A DNA stretch of 64,000 nt from positions 32,001 to 96,000 of the forward strand of contig CAXXTH010000008.1 of the NCBI GenBank assembly GCA_963668025.2, given 5' to 3'. A program made the translations under genes and the position numbers. The DNA is from Candidatus Hydrogenedentota bacterium (GTDB lineage: Bacteria > Hydrogenedentota > Hydrogenedentia > Hydrogenedentales > SLHB01). The notes beneath the pieces are model-generated. The model had not been told where the DNA came from and did not search any database. It was given only the letters and a program-made list of their open reading frames with translations. Of this stretch, positions 10,060 to 20,621 are shown piece by piece. Each line of letters opens with the position of its first letter. Position 1 is the first letter of the stretch.

Positions 10060-11037
10060 TTATGATTGCGCCGGTTGCGCCGCGTTGGCTGCCAGCCACT
10101 CTTGAGCGCTCGCCGCCGCTTTGGTGTCCGAGAATTGTTCCACTACGACTTGGTAATAAATACGCGCTGCGTCAAACCGGCGCCGACGTTCATAGAATTT
10201 CGCCGTGAGCAAGCGCTGCTGCGCCATGCGCTCACGCATCTCCGCACGCTTAGGAGCCAACTCGCCCGCCCGTGCATCGCTCGGATACCGGGTGGTGAAA
10301 TCATCCATGGCTTCCACCGCCAGGCGGCTGGGAGTCTGGTCATATTCCGGTCGGAGCGACGCCTCATAATAACATGAAGCCAAACCATAACTGGCTTCAT
10401 CCATCCAATCCGAACCGGAATAGTCCTCGATCACCCGCTTGTATTCATAAGCGGCTTCCACATAATGCTTTAGCGCTTGCTGGCATAAGCCCACCTTGTA
10501 TTGGGCTTCTGCTGCGGCAGGCGTGAACGGCTGATTGTCCACCACCATATTATATACTTCGATTGCCCGCTTATACGGACGCTTTTTGAGAAAAGTCCAC
10601 CAGCTTTTGCTTTGGCTCTTTTTTTGCCCTCGTTCAAAGTACTGGTCGCCGATCTCATATTGCATCTTTATCACTTGGCTGTAGAGATCACTATCGGGAT
10701 ACTTCGACACGACTTGCTGGAGTTGCTTGGCTGCGTCCATATTTTTGCCTTGTTTCAGCAGGATCTCCGCGCGCAAAAACTGGTTGTCATCCGCATATTC
10801 CGAATCGCTATAGTAATCGTCAAATTTTTCCGTCTCCCGGACGGCTTTTTTATATTGCCCATCCAGCATAAGGCCTCGGGCATATTCCACTTGCAGCTCA
10901 GCAGTCTCTTTAGGGAGCTTCTTCATGTTGATCCAGCGGCCCGTCTGTGGGGTCCACGTCCACTGCGCACTGGATTCTACACTGATCAGCAGCACCATAA
11001 CCGCCACGGCCGCCACCGCACCGATTCGATATCGCAT
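10060..11037 (-). CDS. bamD: Outer-membrane assembly factor BamD-like TPR protein
   Basis: signal peptide, TPR repeats, PEYDQTP, AKFYE...AARIYY. Confidence 0.8.
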   Translation of the reverse strand: MRYRIGAVAAVAVMVLLISVESSAQWTWTPQTGRWINMKKLPKETAELQVEYARGLMLDGQYKKAVRETEKFDDYYSDSEYADDNQFLRAEILLKQGKNMDAAKQLQQVVSKYPDSDLYSQVIKMQYEIGDQYFERGQKKSQSKSWWTFLKKRPYKRAIEVYNMVVDNQPFTPAAAEAQYKVGLCQQALKHYVEAAYEYKRVIEDYSGSDWMDEASYGLASCYYEASLRPEYDQTPSRLAVEAMDDFTTRYPSDARAGELAPKRAEMRERMAQQRLLTAKFYERRRRFDAARIYYQVVVEQFSDTKAAASAQEWLAANAAQPAQS

Positions 11038-11494
11038 GCCTTCGCCTCCAAACATTATTTTGCTGCCCCCAGATTACCGGCCGGGCGGCCGCGGATAATC
11101 AACGCATACCGCTCTTCTGACAAGTACATGCTACACGCCTGCCGGTATGCTCATCCCGAAAGAAGATAGTAACAGCACCAGCCTTATCAAGGCAAGTTCG
11201 ATGCATGTCTGATGATGCCTGGGGAAAAACGGCGCTTTTTGGAGGCAAGCATGTGAACACGCTTCACATAGCAGGCGTTACTCGGAACACGTGTTGGTAT
11301 CCGCCACGGAAAAGGCAAGGATAGGCATGCTGGATAGTACGATCTCCCCGCGGCAAATCGAGCGATATCAAACAGGAGGCTTTCCCGCCATCGAGTATTT
11401 TCTCCCCATGGTGAATTAAGAGACTTGTGTAATATAGTTGCAGATATATATACCTAAAGCTTGTTCTTTTTTTTTGCCGCGCACGAAAAAAAAC

Positions 11495-11541
11495 TTGCAA
11501 GGAGGTTATTTTCATGGTATAGTTTCAAACAAACGATTGAA
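11495..11541 (+). promoter_or_regulatory. Sigma70 promoter plus TetR operator
   Basis: TTGCAA-17 bp-TATAGT (11495-11523) immediately followed by palindrome TTCAAAC-AAAC-GATTGAA (11524-11541). Confidence 0.75.
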
Positions 11542-11573
11542 TAAAACGATAGTATGAGGTCACAGAAGACATC

Positions 11574-12242
11574 GTGAATCAGGAATATTCAGGCACCAAA
11601 CTCGCCCTCCTCTTAGCCGCCGGGGAGCTATTTGCGGAATATGGCCTCGAAGGGGCCAGCATTCGCGCCATTGCCGAGAAAGCCGGGGCGAATATTGCCG
11701 CTATTAATTACCACTTTGGCAGCAAGGAGAGCCTGTTTCTCGCCGTTGTGAATCATCTCATGCAGGAAAACTTCGAAAAAATAAACCTGGATGAGCATTT
11801 GGCGCGTGCGCACACATTGCGAAAACCCGAGGAATTCTCCGAGTTAATTCGCGATATGGTGTATCGGCGTTTTCAAGTTTTTTTTGATACCGCAGAGCCT
11901 GAATGGCATATCCGTCTTTTTTTGCGAGTGTTCTTGGAGTCAGCAGCTCTACTGGAGGATTTAGTTCATAAATGCTTCGATCCGGATTTATATGCGGTGC
12001 AACAGATTTTTCGTTTGGTGAATCCTCGCCTGAATGAAGATGAAGTAGAGCAGTTCGCACTAGGCTTTATGGCGCATATTTCGTTTTTCTGCATCTCCAA
12101 AATGCCCATTCTAGTGCATCTCAAGCAAGATAAGTATTCGGAAGCTTTTTTGAAACAAACGGCTGACCATATCATCAAGTTGATAACAGCCGGTTTAGGA
12201 TTGCCTAATCCCGTAAGAACGACGATGACGGTAAGCAACTAA
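11574..12242 (+). CDS. TetR/AcrR-family regulator (CecR-like)
   Basis: HTH AAGELFAEYG...SIRAIAEKAGANIAAINYHFGSKESL. Confidence 0.92.
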   Translation: MNQEYSGTKLALLLAAGELFAEYGLEGASIRAIAEKAGANIAAINYHFGSKESLFLAVVNHLMQENFEKINLDEHLARAHTLRKPEEFSELIRDMVYRRFQVFFDTAEPEWHIRLFLRVFLESAALLEDLVHKCFDPDLYAVQQIFRLVNPRLNEDEVEQFALGFMAHISFFCISKMPILVHLKQDKYSEAFLKQTADHIIKLITAGLGLPNPVRTTMTVSN

Positions 12243-12262
12243 GAGTTTAGGGAGTGCCAAAC

Positions 12263-13477
12263 ATGCGTAAAAGTAAAAAGCTCATCGGAATTATGCTGGT
12301 GGGTGTTGGTGTCGTGCTGGCGTTTGCAGCGGTTTTTTATTTCCGCTTGGACGGAAAAGAGCCGCGTGCGCTGGCGTCTACGCCAGAAACGCAACCTGAA
12401 CAGCGGCGTATGCCTGTAGTCGTAGCGCCTCTGGCGGAGCGTGATTTTGTCGAAAAGCTTGTAGTCCAAGGCAATTGCAACGCAAAGCGTTTTGCCATGG
12501 TTCCCTCGAGAGTTGGTGGCACCATCGAAGCGCTGTATGTCGATGAGGGCGATACGGTCGTTGAAGGCGAGACCAAACTCTTTCAGGTGGATTCCCTGAA
12601 ACTCCAGAAAGCGCTGGATATGGCCCGGCAGGAGCTTGCCGTGGCGCAATGCGGCCTTCGCGAAAAAGAAGCAAACCGCGAGCAAGTCATCGCGGACTAC
12701 GATAAGGCAAAAATCGACTACGAGCGCTACCAAAAACTCTATAAGGACGAGGCGGTATCGCTGAACGTGCTGGAACAAATGGAGACGCGCTTCAAACAAG
12801 CCCAGGCCATGAGCAAGCACGCGGACAGCCTGGTGGATCTCGCAACCGAGCAGGAACGCCAGGCTAGGGCTTCTCTCGTGATGGCGGAAAAAGACCTCAG
12901 CGATTCCCTGGTGCTGGCGCCGTTAAGCGGAAGCATCAGCAAAAAATTTCAAGAACTGGGCGAGATGGCGGAAGTCGGCAAGCCCATTTTTCGCGTGGAT
13001 GATCTCTCAACCATCGAAGCCAGCGCATTGCTTCCCGCGCAATACTATGAGCGCGTTCAGGCGAATGTTACGCCCATGCGTATAAAAGTGTATGGCGTGG
13101 ATGCCGGTGAATATCCCATTACGTACAAGAGCCCCACCATTGATGAAACCATCCGTTCGTTCGAGGTGAAATGCATCATCAATAATCCGCCGCAAGGAGT
13201 GGCCCCCGGGGCCATGGCGGATATCGAAGTGGTCCTCGAGCGCCGACACGGCCTGGGCGCGCCTTCGAGCGCCATTTTATCGCGCGGCGGCGGCAGTGTC
13301 CTTTTCACCATCGAGAATGAACTTGCGAAAAGCATCGAGGTGAAAACAGGCCTCGAGTCGGATGGCTGGACGGAGCTCATTAATGACGTATTGAAACCGG
13401 GCACGCCAGTGGTCACCGTGGGACAGAACATGCTCAACAATGGCTCCCCCGTAAACGTGCAGCAGGAGAAATCCTGA
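12263..13477 (+). CDS. RND efflux membrane-fusion (adaptor) protein
   Basis: N-terminal TM, lipoyl halves VGGTIEALYVDEGD and APLSGSI, coiled-coil hairpin. Confidence 0.9.
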   Translation: MRKSKKLIGIMLVGVGVVLAFAAVFYFRLDGKEPRALASTPETQPEQRRMPVVVAPLAERDFVEKLVVQGNCNAKRFAMVPSRVGGTIEALYVDEGDTVVEGETKLFQVDSLKLQKALDMARQELAVAQCGLREKEANREQVIADYDKAKIDYERYQKLYKDEAVSLNVLEQMETRFKQAQAMSKHADSLVDLATEQERQARASLVMAEKDLSDSLVLAPLSGSISKKFQELGEMAEVGKPIFRVDDLSTIEASALLPAQYYERVQANVTPMRIKVYGVDAGEYPITYKSPTIDETIRSFEVKCIINNPPQGVAPGAMADIEVVLERRHGLGAPSSAILSRGGGSVLFTIENELAKSIEVKTGLESDGWTELINDVLKPGTPVVTVGQNMLNNGSPVNVQQEKS

Positions 13478-13494
13478 CGGTCCATCTTTCAGAA

Positions 13495-13521
13495 GTAGGG
13501 CCGTGGGCGCATCCACGGCCC
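13495..13521 (+). repeat. GTAG-type REP-like palindrome
   Basis: GTAGGGCCGTGG-GCGCAT-CCACGGCCC between the adaptor and permease genes. Confidence 0.45.
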
Positions 13522-13558
13522 ATGAAACACACCCCATCTTCCATGAAGGGCTAAGTCT

Positions 13559-16500
13559 ATGTTTTTATCGAACGCTTCGATTCGCCGCCCCATCGCCATG
13601 TCGTGCCTGATCATCGCGCTGGCCGCATTGGGCTTCAATTCATATCGCAAACTCGGCCTGGAGCTGCTCCCGTCCGTGGATATTCCCTATGTCACGGTGG
13701 TGACCACCTATCCCGGCGCAAGCCCATCGGAAATAGAAACGGATGTGGCCAAGCCCATCGAGGATGCCGTCGTCACCATCGATGGCCTCAAGCATGTCAC
13801 ATCTTCCTGCATGGAAGATGCTTGCCAAACCATGATCGAGTTCAACCTTGATGTAAACGTGGATGTCGCGGCCACCGACGTGCGGGATAAAATCGACCTA
13901 ATCATAAATGACTTTCCCGAAGGCGTCGAAAAGCCAAAAGTTCTTAAATATGATATCAACGCCCAGCCCGTCATCAGCCTGGCGCTCACAGGCGATGCGA
14001 CCGTCGAAGAGTTGTACGATTTCGCCGACAACACTTTGAGCGACCGCATCTCGACATTGTCAGGGGTGGCGGAAGTGCAATTGGTGGGTGGCAGCGAACG
14101 AGAGGTGCATGTCGAGCTCGACCGCCAGCGCCTCGCCGAGCGTGGGCTGACCACGATGAATATCGTGCAAGCCATTCAAGGAGGAGTCCGCACCATTCCC
14201 TCGGGGCGCGTACGCGAGGACGGCTCCGAATACAATGTCAAGTTTGACGCGGATTACTCGGCGGTCGCCGACATGGGCAATCTGGAAATCCCCACGCAGA
14301 GCGCATCCAGATGCTACATAAAAGATCTGGGCGATGTCATCATGACTACGGAAGAACAACGCCAGCTTTCTTATGTGGATGGCCGGCCTTGCATTGCGAT
14401 CAGCGTGGTCAAAAAAGCAGATGCAAACGCAGTCGAGGTGGTGAACCGGGTTCGCAAAGCCATGGACAAGCTAAGAGCAGAACTCCCCGGAGGTATGGAG
14501 CTGCTATGGGTTACGGATGATGGGGCGTTCATCAAGGCCTCGGTGGATGGCACCACGAGCAATATTATTCAAGGCATATTGCTTACCGCGGCTATCTTGT
14601 TCTTTTTCCTGTACAATCTACGCTCGACATTCATCGTAGCACTGACTATGCCGCTCACGATCATCATCGGGATACTCGGCATGAGCGCCATGGGCTACAC
14701 CCTCAACGTTTCCACGTTGCTGGCCATCGGCCTCTCGGTGGGCGTGCTGGTGACCAACTCGATTGTAGTGCTCGAGAGCATCATCAAGCGTTTCCACGCG
14801 GGAGAAAGCGCGCTAGAGGCGAGCCGCGAAGGCGCCAGCGAAGTAGGCGTGGCCGTAAGCGCCAGCGCGCTAACCAATCTTGTGGTGCTGATCCCCGTGG
14901 CGCTCATGAGCAGTCTCGTGGGCAGTTTCTTTACCCCATTTGCACTCACCACCATCTTCGTCACGGTTGCTTCTCTCTTCATCTCCTTCACTCTAACCCC
15001 CATTCTCGCATCAAAAATGCTCAAACGCTCCGGAAAGATAGGGATATTAACCTGGATGGAGCAGCGCTGGAACACGTTTTTTGATGGAATTACGCGTGTG
15101 TACGAACGCATGCTCCGATTTTTAGCGCGCCACCGCTGGGCGGCAGGCAGCGTGCTGCTGCTTTCATTGATTATGCTTTTTCACGCATTCCACATCGCAG
15201 GAACCCTTGGTTTTAGCTTCTTTTCCGAGTCTGACCGCGGTGAAATGATGGTCAAACTGGAATTCCCCACCGGATATGATCTGAACCACACGCGGGAGCG
15301 CGTGTTGGAGATGGAAAAAGCGGTCAAGGATTTGCCCGGATTACAGCATATCTTGACGAATATCGGCAAGGTCGAGGGCGCTGTGGGCCAATCGTCCGAG
15401 GGTGTTTACCTTGCCCAGCTTCTGCTCAAATTCAATGATAAAAACGAAAGGCCTCTTGGAATTTGGGAGCTTCAAGACGAAGTGCGCAAACGGTTTGCGC
15501 CATTTCCCGACTGTATTGTGGCGGCTCAAATCAAAAGCGCCGCAGGCGGGCAGGAAGCCCCTATCCAGTTTCAAGTCTCTGGCGATGACATCACCCAGCT
15601 CGAACAAATCGCCCTGAAGTCAGCGGAACTAGCGGGCGCTATACCAGGAATTGTAACACCCGATACGACCGTGCGCCAAGGCAAGCCCGAGCTCCGGATC
15701 CATCCCAGTCGGCCGGTGTTGTCCGATATGAACGTAGTGGCTACAGATATGGGTTACATGTTGCGCGCCAACCTCGAAGGGCTTAAAGCGGGTGTTTTCA
15801 AGCAAGGCGCGCGCACCTATGACATTCGAGTGAAACTCAAAGAAGAAGAAGGCAAAGCCCAGGTTCCCGAGTTCCTCTTTCCTGGCGCTCCGGGCCGCCC
15901 TCTATTGCTGTCAAACGTGGCGAGCATCGAAAACCGGATCGCCCCGGTCCAGATCACCCGAAACGACAAGCAGCGCGTCGCGCGCGTATATGCGAATTTG
16001 GAACAAAGCCTTCCCCTGGGAACGGCGGTGCAGAAGCTCAGCAAAGAAGTGGATGAAAAGGCTGGCTTGCCATCTGGATACTCTTACCGGTTCGTAGGCG
16101 ACTATGAAATGATGAGCGACGCTGCGGCTGATTTCGCGGAAGCGGGGCTTATCGCCATCGTGCTGACCTATCTCGTGCTGGCGGCTATCCTCGAATCATT
16201 CACGCAGCCGTTCCTGATACTCGTCACATTGCCGCTAGGAATGATCGGCGTGTTTTATTCCCTGTATATAACCGGCGAGAGCATCTCGATGTTCGTGCTT
16301 CTGGGCTGCGTGATGCTCATCGGCATCGTGGTGAACAACGCCATCCTAATCATTGACGAGGTGAACCAGCAGGTGCGTTCAGGTGTAAATCCCCGAAACG
16401 CCATGATTCACGCGGCGGCCGATCAATTCAGGCCCGTGGTCATGATCACCTTGGCTGCGGTATTGGGCATGCTGCCTCTGGCCACCAGCAACGGCCTGGG

Positions 16501-16648
16501 CAGCGAAATGCAAACGGGCATTGGCATCGCGTCCGTGGGCGGCATCGCGGTATCTGCACTGCTGACATTGCTCGTGATTCCAGTGCTTTACGGCGTCTTC
16601 ACCCGGGATCCGGACAAGGACAAAAAAAAAGAAGAGCCGAAAGCATGA
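13559..16648 (+). CDS. RND efflux permease (AcrB/AcrD/AcrF family)
   Basis: 1029 aa, YPGASPSEIE, NSIVVLE, GIVVNNAILII, RPVVMIT. Confidence 0.95.
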   Translation: MFLSNASIRRPIAMSCLIIALAALGFNSYRKLGLELLPSVDIPYVTVVTTYPGASPSEIETDVAKPIEDAVVTIDGLKHVTSSCMEDACQTMIEFNLDVNVDVAATDVRDKIDLIINDFPEGVEKPKVLKYDINAQPVISLALTGDATVEELYDFADNTLSDRISTLSGVAEVQLVGGSEREVHVELDRQRLAERGLTTMNIVQAIQGGVRTIPSGRVREDGSEYNVKFDADYSAVADMGNLEIPTQSASRCYIKDLGDVIMTTEEQRQLSYVDGRPCIAISVVKKADANAVEVVNRVRKAMDKLRAELPGGMELLWVTDDGAFIKASVDGTTSNIIQGILLTAAILFFFLYNLRSTFIVALTMPLTIIIGILGMSAMGYTLNVSTLLAIGLSVGVLVTNSIVVLESIIKRFHAGESALEASREGASEVGVAVSASALTNLVVLIPVALMSSLVGSFFTPFALTTIFVTVASLFISFTLTPILASKMLKRSGKIGILTWMEQRWNTFFDGITRVYERMLRFLARHRWAAGSVLLLSLIMLFHAFHIAGTLGFSFFSESDRGEMMVKLEFPTGYDLNHTRERVLEMEKAVKDLPGLQHILTNIGKVEGAVGQSSEGVYLAQLLLKFNDKNERPLGIWELQDEVRKRFAPFPDCIVAAQIKSAAGGQEAPIQFQVSGDDITQLEQIALKSAELAGAIPGIVTPDTTVRQGKPELRIHPSRPVLSDMNVVATDMGYMLRANLEGLKAGVFKQGARTYDIRVKLKEEEGKAQVPEFLFPGAPGRPLLLSNVASIENRIAPVQITRNDKQRVARVYANLEQSLPLGTAVQKLSKEVDEKAGLPSGYSYRFVGDYEMMSDAAADFAEAGLIAIVLTYLVLAAILESFTQPFLILVTLPLGMIGVFYSLYITGESISMFVLLGCVMLIGIVVNNAILIIDEVNQQVRSGVNPRNAMIHAAADQFRPVVMITLAAVLGMLPLATSNGLGSEMQTGIGIASVGGIAVSALLTLLVIPVLYGVFTRDPDKDKKKEEPKA

Positions 16649-16662
16649 TGCCGGAGAAGATC

Positions 16663-16829
16663 AACATGAAGGCGCAAAGACACAAAGAGTTATAAGTGAT
16701 TGTTTGCCTATTGTGATTTTTTCTTAACTAATAGTATTACAATATCTACACATAACTAATACTGAATCTATTGGCGCTAAATGCAACGAAATCCGTACGA
16801 GCCTCTTTGTGTCTTGGCGCCTTTGTGTT
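16663..16829. repeat. Long inverted repeat between convergent genes
   Basis: AACATGAAGGCGCAAAGACACAAAGAG (16663-16689) pairs with 16803-16829 at 24/27; AT-rich spacer. Confidence 0.75.
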
Positions 16830-17889
16830 AGATTCTTTCCTTTCCGAGGATCTGGCGGATGGCGTCCAGGAGCGTGTCGATTTCCTGATCCGTGCCGACG
16901 CTGATGCGCAAGGCGTTATTCAGCCTGCGGGCATCAAAATAGCGCACCACGATGGCGCGTTCTCGCAAGCGCTCAAAAATCACCCGCGCGGATGGCTCGC
17001 CGTTCCGTTGGGCGAAAACAAAGTTCGACTGCGAGGGAGGCACGCAAAAGCCAAGGGCCTCGAGGGCGTCCTTGAGCCGGGCCCGCGTGGCGCGTACGCG
17101 CTGGACATTCGCGCGCATGTACTCATAATCCGTGAAGGCCGCCAGCGCCGCCGCCTGGCAAGCCGCGTTCATGTTATACGAATCCTTCGTCTTTATATAT
17201 TCCACGATCAGCTCAGGACGCGCCACCGCCAGCCCTACGCGGAGCCCCGCAAGGCTGAATGACTTCGAGAAAGTCCGTCCGATGATGACATTGTCGAACC
17301 GTTTCGGGAAATCCATGCAGTTGTCATCCGAAAAATCAACATACGCTTCGTCAATAAACACCAAGCCATCGAAATTTTTGCAAAACTGCGCCACTTGCTC
17401 CTTCGGGAACGCGACGCCGCTGGGCGCATTCGGCCGGGGCAGAAACACCAGGCGGGCGGGTGTCCGCATGAACGTCTCCGTAAGTTGAAAATGCTCGTCC
17501 AGATCCACTTCCGCAATGCGCGCGCCATGAAGCTGGGCCAGTGTTTCGTACAGCGTATAGGTGGGATATGTGGTCAAAATCGTATCGCCAGGATCAACAA
17601 AGGTCCGCACGGTCATGGCGAGAATCTCATCCATGCCGTTTCCCGCCACCACCCAATCCGCGCTGCCGTACCCAAAACGCTGGGCGCAGGCCTCGCGCAG
17701 CGCCAAGGAAAGCGGATCGGGATACCGGCGGATCGAACGCGCATCCAGTCCTTGTAAAGCCTCAAGTACGCGTGGTGAGGGAGGATACGGACTCTCGTTG
17801 GTGTTCAGCTTAATGATATTCGGCATCTTGGGCTGATCGCCCGGCGTATAGCCTTCCACTTCCTTCAGCATGTTTCTTCCATACTTCAT
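16828..17889 (-). CDS. hisC: Histidinol-phosphate aminotransferase
   Basis: IKLNTNESPYPPS, GNGMDE, DEAYVDF, RTFSKSFSLAGLRVG. Confidence 0.95.
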   Translation of the reverse strand: MKYGRNMLKEVEGYTPGDQPKMPNIIKLNTNESPYPPSPRVLEALQGLDARSIRRYPDPLSLALREACAQRFGYGSADWVVAGNGMDEILAMTVRTFVDPGDTILTTYPTYTLYETLAQLHGARIAEVDLDEHFQLTETFMRTPARLVFLPRPNAPSGVAFPKEQVAQFCKNFDGLVFIDEAYVDFSDDNCMDFPKRFDNVIIGRTFSKSFSLAGLRVGLAVARPELIVEYIKTKDSYNMNAACQAAALAAFTDYEYMRANVQRVRATRARLKDALEALGFCVPPSQSNFVFAQRNGEPSARVIFERLRERAIVVRYFDARRLNNALRISVGTDQEIDTLLDAIRQILGKERI

Positions 17890-19186
17890 CGGCGCAACTC
17901 CACGGCCTTGGCGTGTGCGGTAAGCTTTTCCGCCTTGGCCAGCATGATGATATCGTCCGCATCGCGCCGTATACGCTCGCGCGAATACGAGACGAAATTG
18001 GTCACTTTACGAAAGTCCTCGACCGTCAACGGCGAAGAAAAGCGCGCCCGGCGGCGCCTGTCGGCAAGATGTGATTCGGTCCAGCATAATAATCAGAGAC
18101 GGCCACCGGCGTATTGGCGCCAATCATGATCGCCCCGGCATTGCGCACTTTGTCGAATATCTTCATGGGCACATCCACCTGGATGGCGAGATGCTCCGGC
18201 GCAATGATATCAGTGAGGCGTACGGCTTCATCCAGGCTGCGCACTACAAAGGCCGCGCCATACCCATCAAGGGATTGGCGGATATAGTCCGCACGCGACA
18301 GCGTGGGGAGGAGGCCCTCGATAGCCATTTGAACCTCTTCCACTTTTTCTCTCGAAAGCGCGATGAGCGTCGTGGGCGAATCGGCGTTGTGTTCCGCCTG
18401 GCTCATGAGTTCAATGGCCGCAAGTTTCGGGTCCGCATGATCATCCACGATGACTACCACATCGGAAGGCCCCGCCTCCTTATCGATCGCGCAGACATTC
18501 GAAATAAGCCGTTTCGCCAAGGTCACATAGGCGCTTCCCGGCCCTGTGATTTTCACCACCCTTGGGATAGTCTCCGTGCCATACGCCAGCGCGGCGATGC
18601 CAGCCGTTCCGCTCACCCGGAAAATGCGCGTCGCGCCGCCAATACGCGCTGCGGCGAGCGCGAGGGGGTGGATCGTCCCGTTGTACGTAGGCGGCGACAC
18701 CATAATGATCTCTTTTACGCCGGCGGCTTTGGCCGGAACGAGGTTCATCAAGGCGGAAGAAGGGTAAAATGCCGTAGCTCCTGGCACGAATACGCCCGCG
18801 CTATCGAGCGGCGTCACACGCTGGCCCATCATGGTGCCGTCTTCGGAGGTTTCCTCCCACGATTGAAGCACATTCTTCTCATGGAAACGGCGTATATTGT
18901 CATGGGCGCGCTCCAGCGCCGCCACCAATTCCTGATCGGCTTCCGCCATGGCCTTTGCCATGTCGTCCTTGGTGATCTCGAATTGGCTGGGCTGTAGCGA
19001 GATTTTCTCGAACCGCTCCGTATACTCGGTTACGGCCGCATCGCCGCGTATGCGGACATCATCCACTATCGCGCGGACCGCTTCGAGTTTGTCCGAGTAA
19101 TCCGCGTTATCCTCCGCTTCGCGGGAGACGCAAAAAGCTTCCGCCTCGTTGAAGGCGGCGTCATCCGTGATCTCGAATAGCTTCAT
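17886..19186 (-). CDS. hisD: Histidinol dehydrogenase with a frameshift near 18055
   Basis: AGPSD, QAEH, APEHL, DYYAGPNHILPTG; the conserved tail ARFSSPLTVEDF...AHAKAVELR continues in another frame to a TGA overlapping the hisC ATG. Confidence 0.92.
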
Positions 19187-19206
19187 GTCTAATCCTTCCG
19201 CGGTTA

Positions 19207-20461
19207 CTATTCACGCACACGCCGGATATCCGCGCCTAAAGCGGATAAGCGCTCTTCAATCCGCTCATACCCGCGGTCAATGTGGTATACGCGCGAGATG
19301 GCAGTCTCGCCTTTTGCCGCAATCAATCCTGCGATAACAAGCGCCGCGCTCGCGCGCAGATCGGACGCCATAACTGGGGCTCCGCTTAACGCGGGCACGC
19401 CGCGCACCACCGCCGAGTTGCCATCCACATCTATTACCGCGCCCATGCGCATCAGTTCAGAGACTTGCATGAACCGGTTCTCGAAGACGGTTTCCTTGAT
19501 CGTGCTTACGCCCTGGGCAACGCATAGCATAGCCATCATTTGCGCCTGTACGTCCGTGGGAAACCCGGGAAACGGCTGCGTGGTGATTTCGAGTCCTTTA
19601 AAACCGTTTTTGGCTGTGGCGCGAATCTGGCTGCCTTGCGTATGCACCTCCGCACCTGATTCCGAGAGCTTGTCGAGAAATGCCGTAAGGAACTCCGGGT
19701 CCACATCTTGCACCGTAACATCACCGTGCGTGGCGACGCCAGCAATTAAAAACGTAGCCGCTTCGATGCGATCCCCAATGACCACATGCTCCGCGCCGTT
19801 CAAGGCGTCCACACCCACGATGGTGATAAAATCCCGTTCCCGCGCCCGAGATCCGCGCGCCCATGCTGTTCAGGAAATGGGCGAGATCGATGATTTCCGG
19901 TTCACGCGCCACATTGCTGAGGCGGGTGACTCCTTTGGCGCGGCAAGCCGCCATCATGAGATTCTCCGTAGCGCCCACACTGGGAAAATCCAGTGTGTAG
20001 TCCGCGCCCGTAAGAAGCCCCTCCGCCATCACATAGCCTTCTTCAATGTTGATTTTCGCGCCTAACGCTTCCAGGCCTTTGAGATGGATGTCCACCGGGC
20101 GCGTTCCAATGGCGCAGCCACCAGGCAATGACACGCGGGCGCGGCCCAAACGGCCCAGGAGGGGGCCTAAAACAAAAAACGAAGCCCGCATCTTGCGCAC
20201 CAGATCATAAGGCGCTTCCTGGCCGCACAGGTTCGATGAATCCAGCGTCATGTAGCGGCCCGTGAACTCGATGGACATGCCCATGCCGGACAGGATCTTG
20301 TCCATGGTGAAAATGTCATGCAAGCAAGGCACATTGTGAAGCGTGCAAGGCTGTTCCGCCAGAATCGCCGCCGCCATGAGCGGCAATGTCGAGTTCTTGG
20401 CCCCACGTATTTGAACGGAGCCTTTTAATGGCTTTCCGCCCCGAACGAGTATCTTATCCAA
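19207..20461 (-). CDS. murA: UDP-N-acetylglucosamine 1-carboxyvinyltransferase with a +1 frameshift near 19833
   Basis: TTG start with GAGG RBS; GAKNS, LPGGCAIGTRPVD, then DRIEAAT, PGFPTDVQAQ, HIDRGYE in a second frame; extra G in ACGGGAT. Confidence 0.93.
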
Positions 20462-20621
20462 ACCGTACAACCTCGTCTTTCCACACCCAATGGGGTGGCG
20501 CTTATCAGTAAACGACGTTCTGAAAACAATAGGCCCAAAGCATCTCCGCACTTTGGGCCAAATTGTCTCTGCAATTTCTATTGGACTCCCCATGAAACGG
20601 ATGGATAGCCCAATGACACGT

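Noticed and set aside
11251-11269. CRP-like site ATGTGAA-CACGC-TTCACAT
   Set aside because: TGTGA/TCACA spacing is 7 rather than 6 and it occurs once; it cannot be assigned
18040-19840. Programmed frameshifting in hisD or murA
   Set aside because: No slippery heptamer at either site; an indel error is simpler
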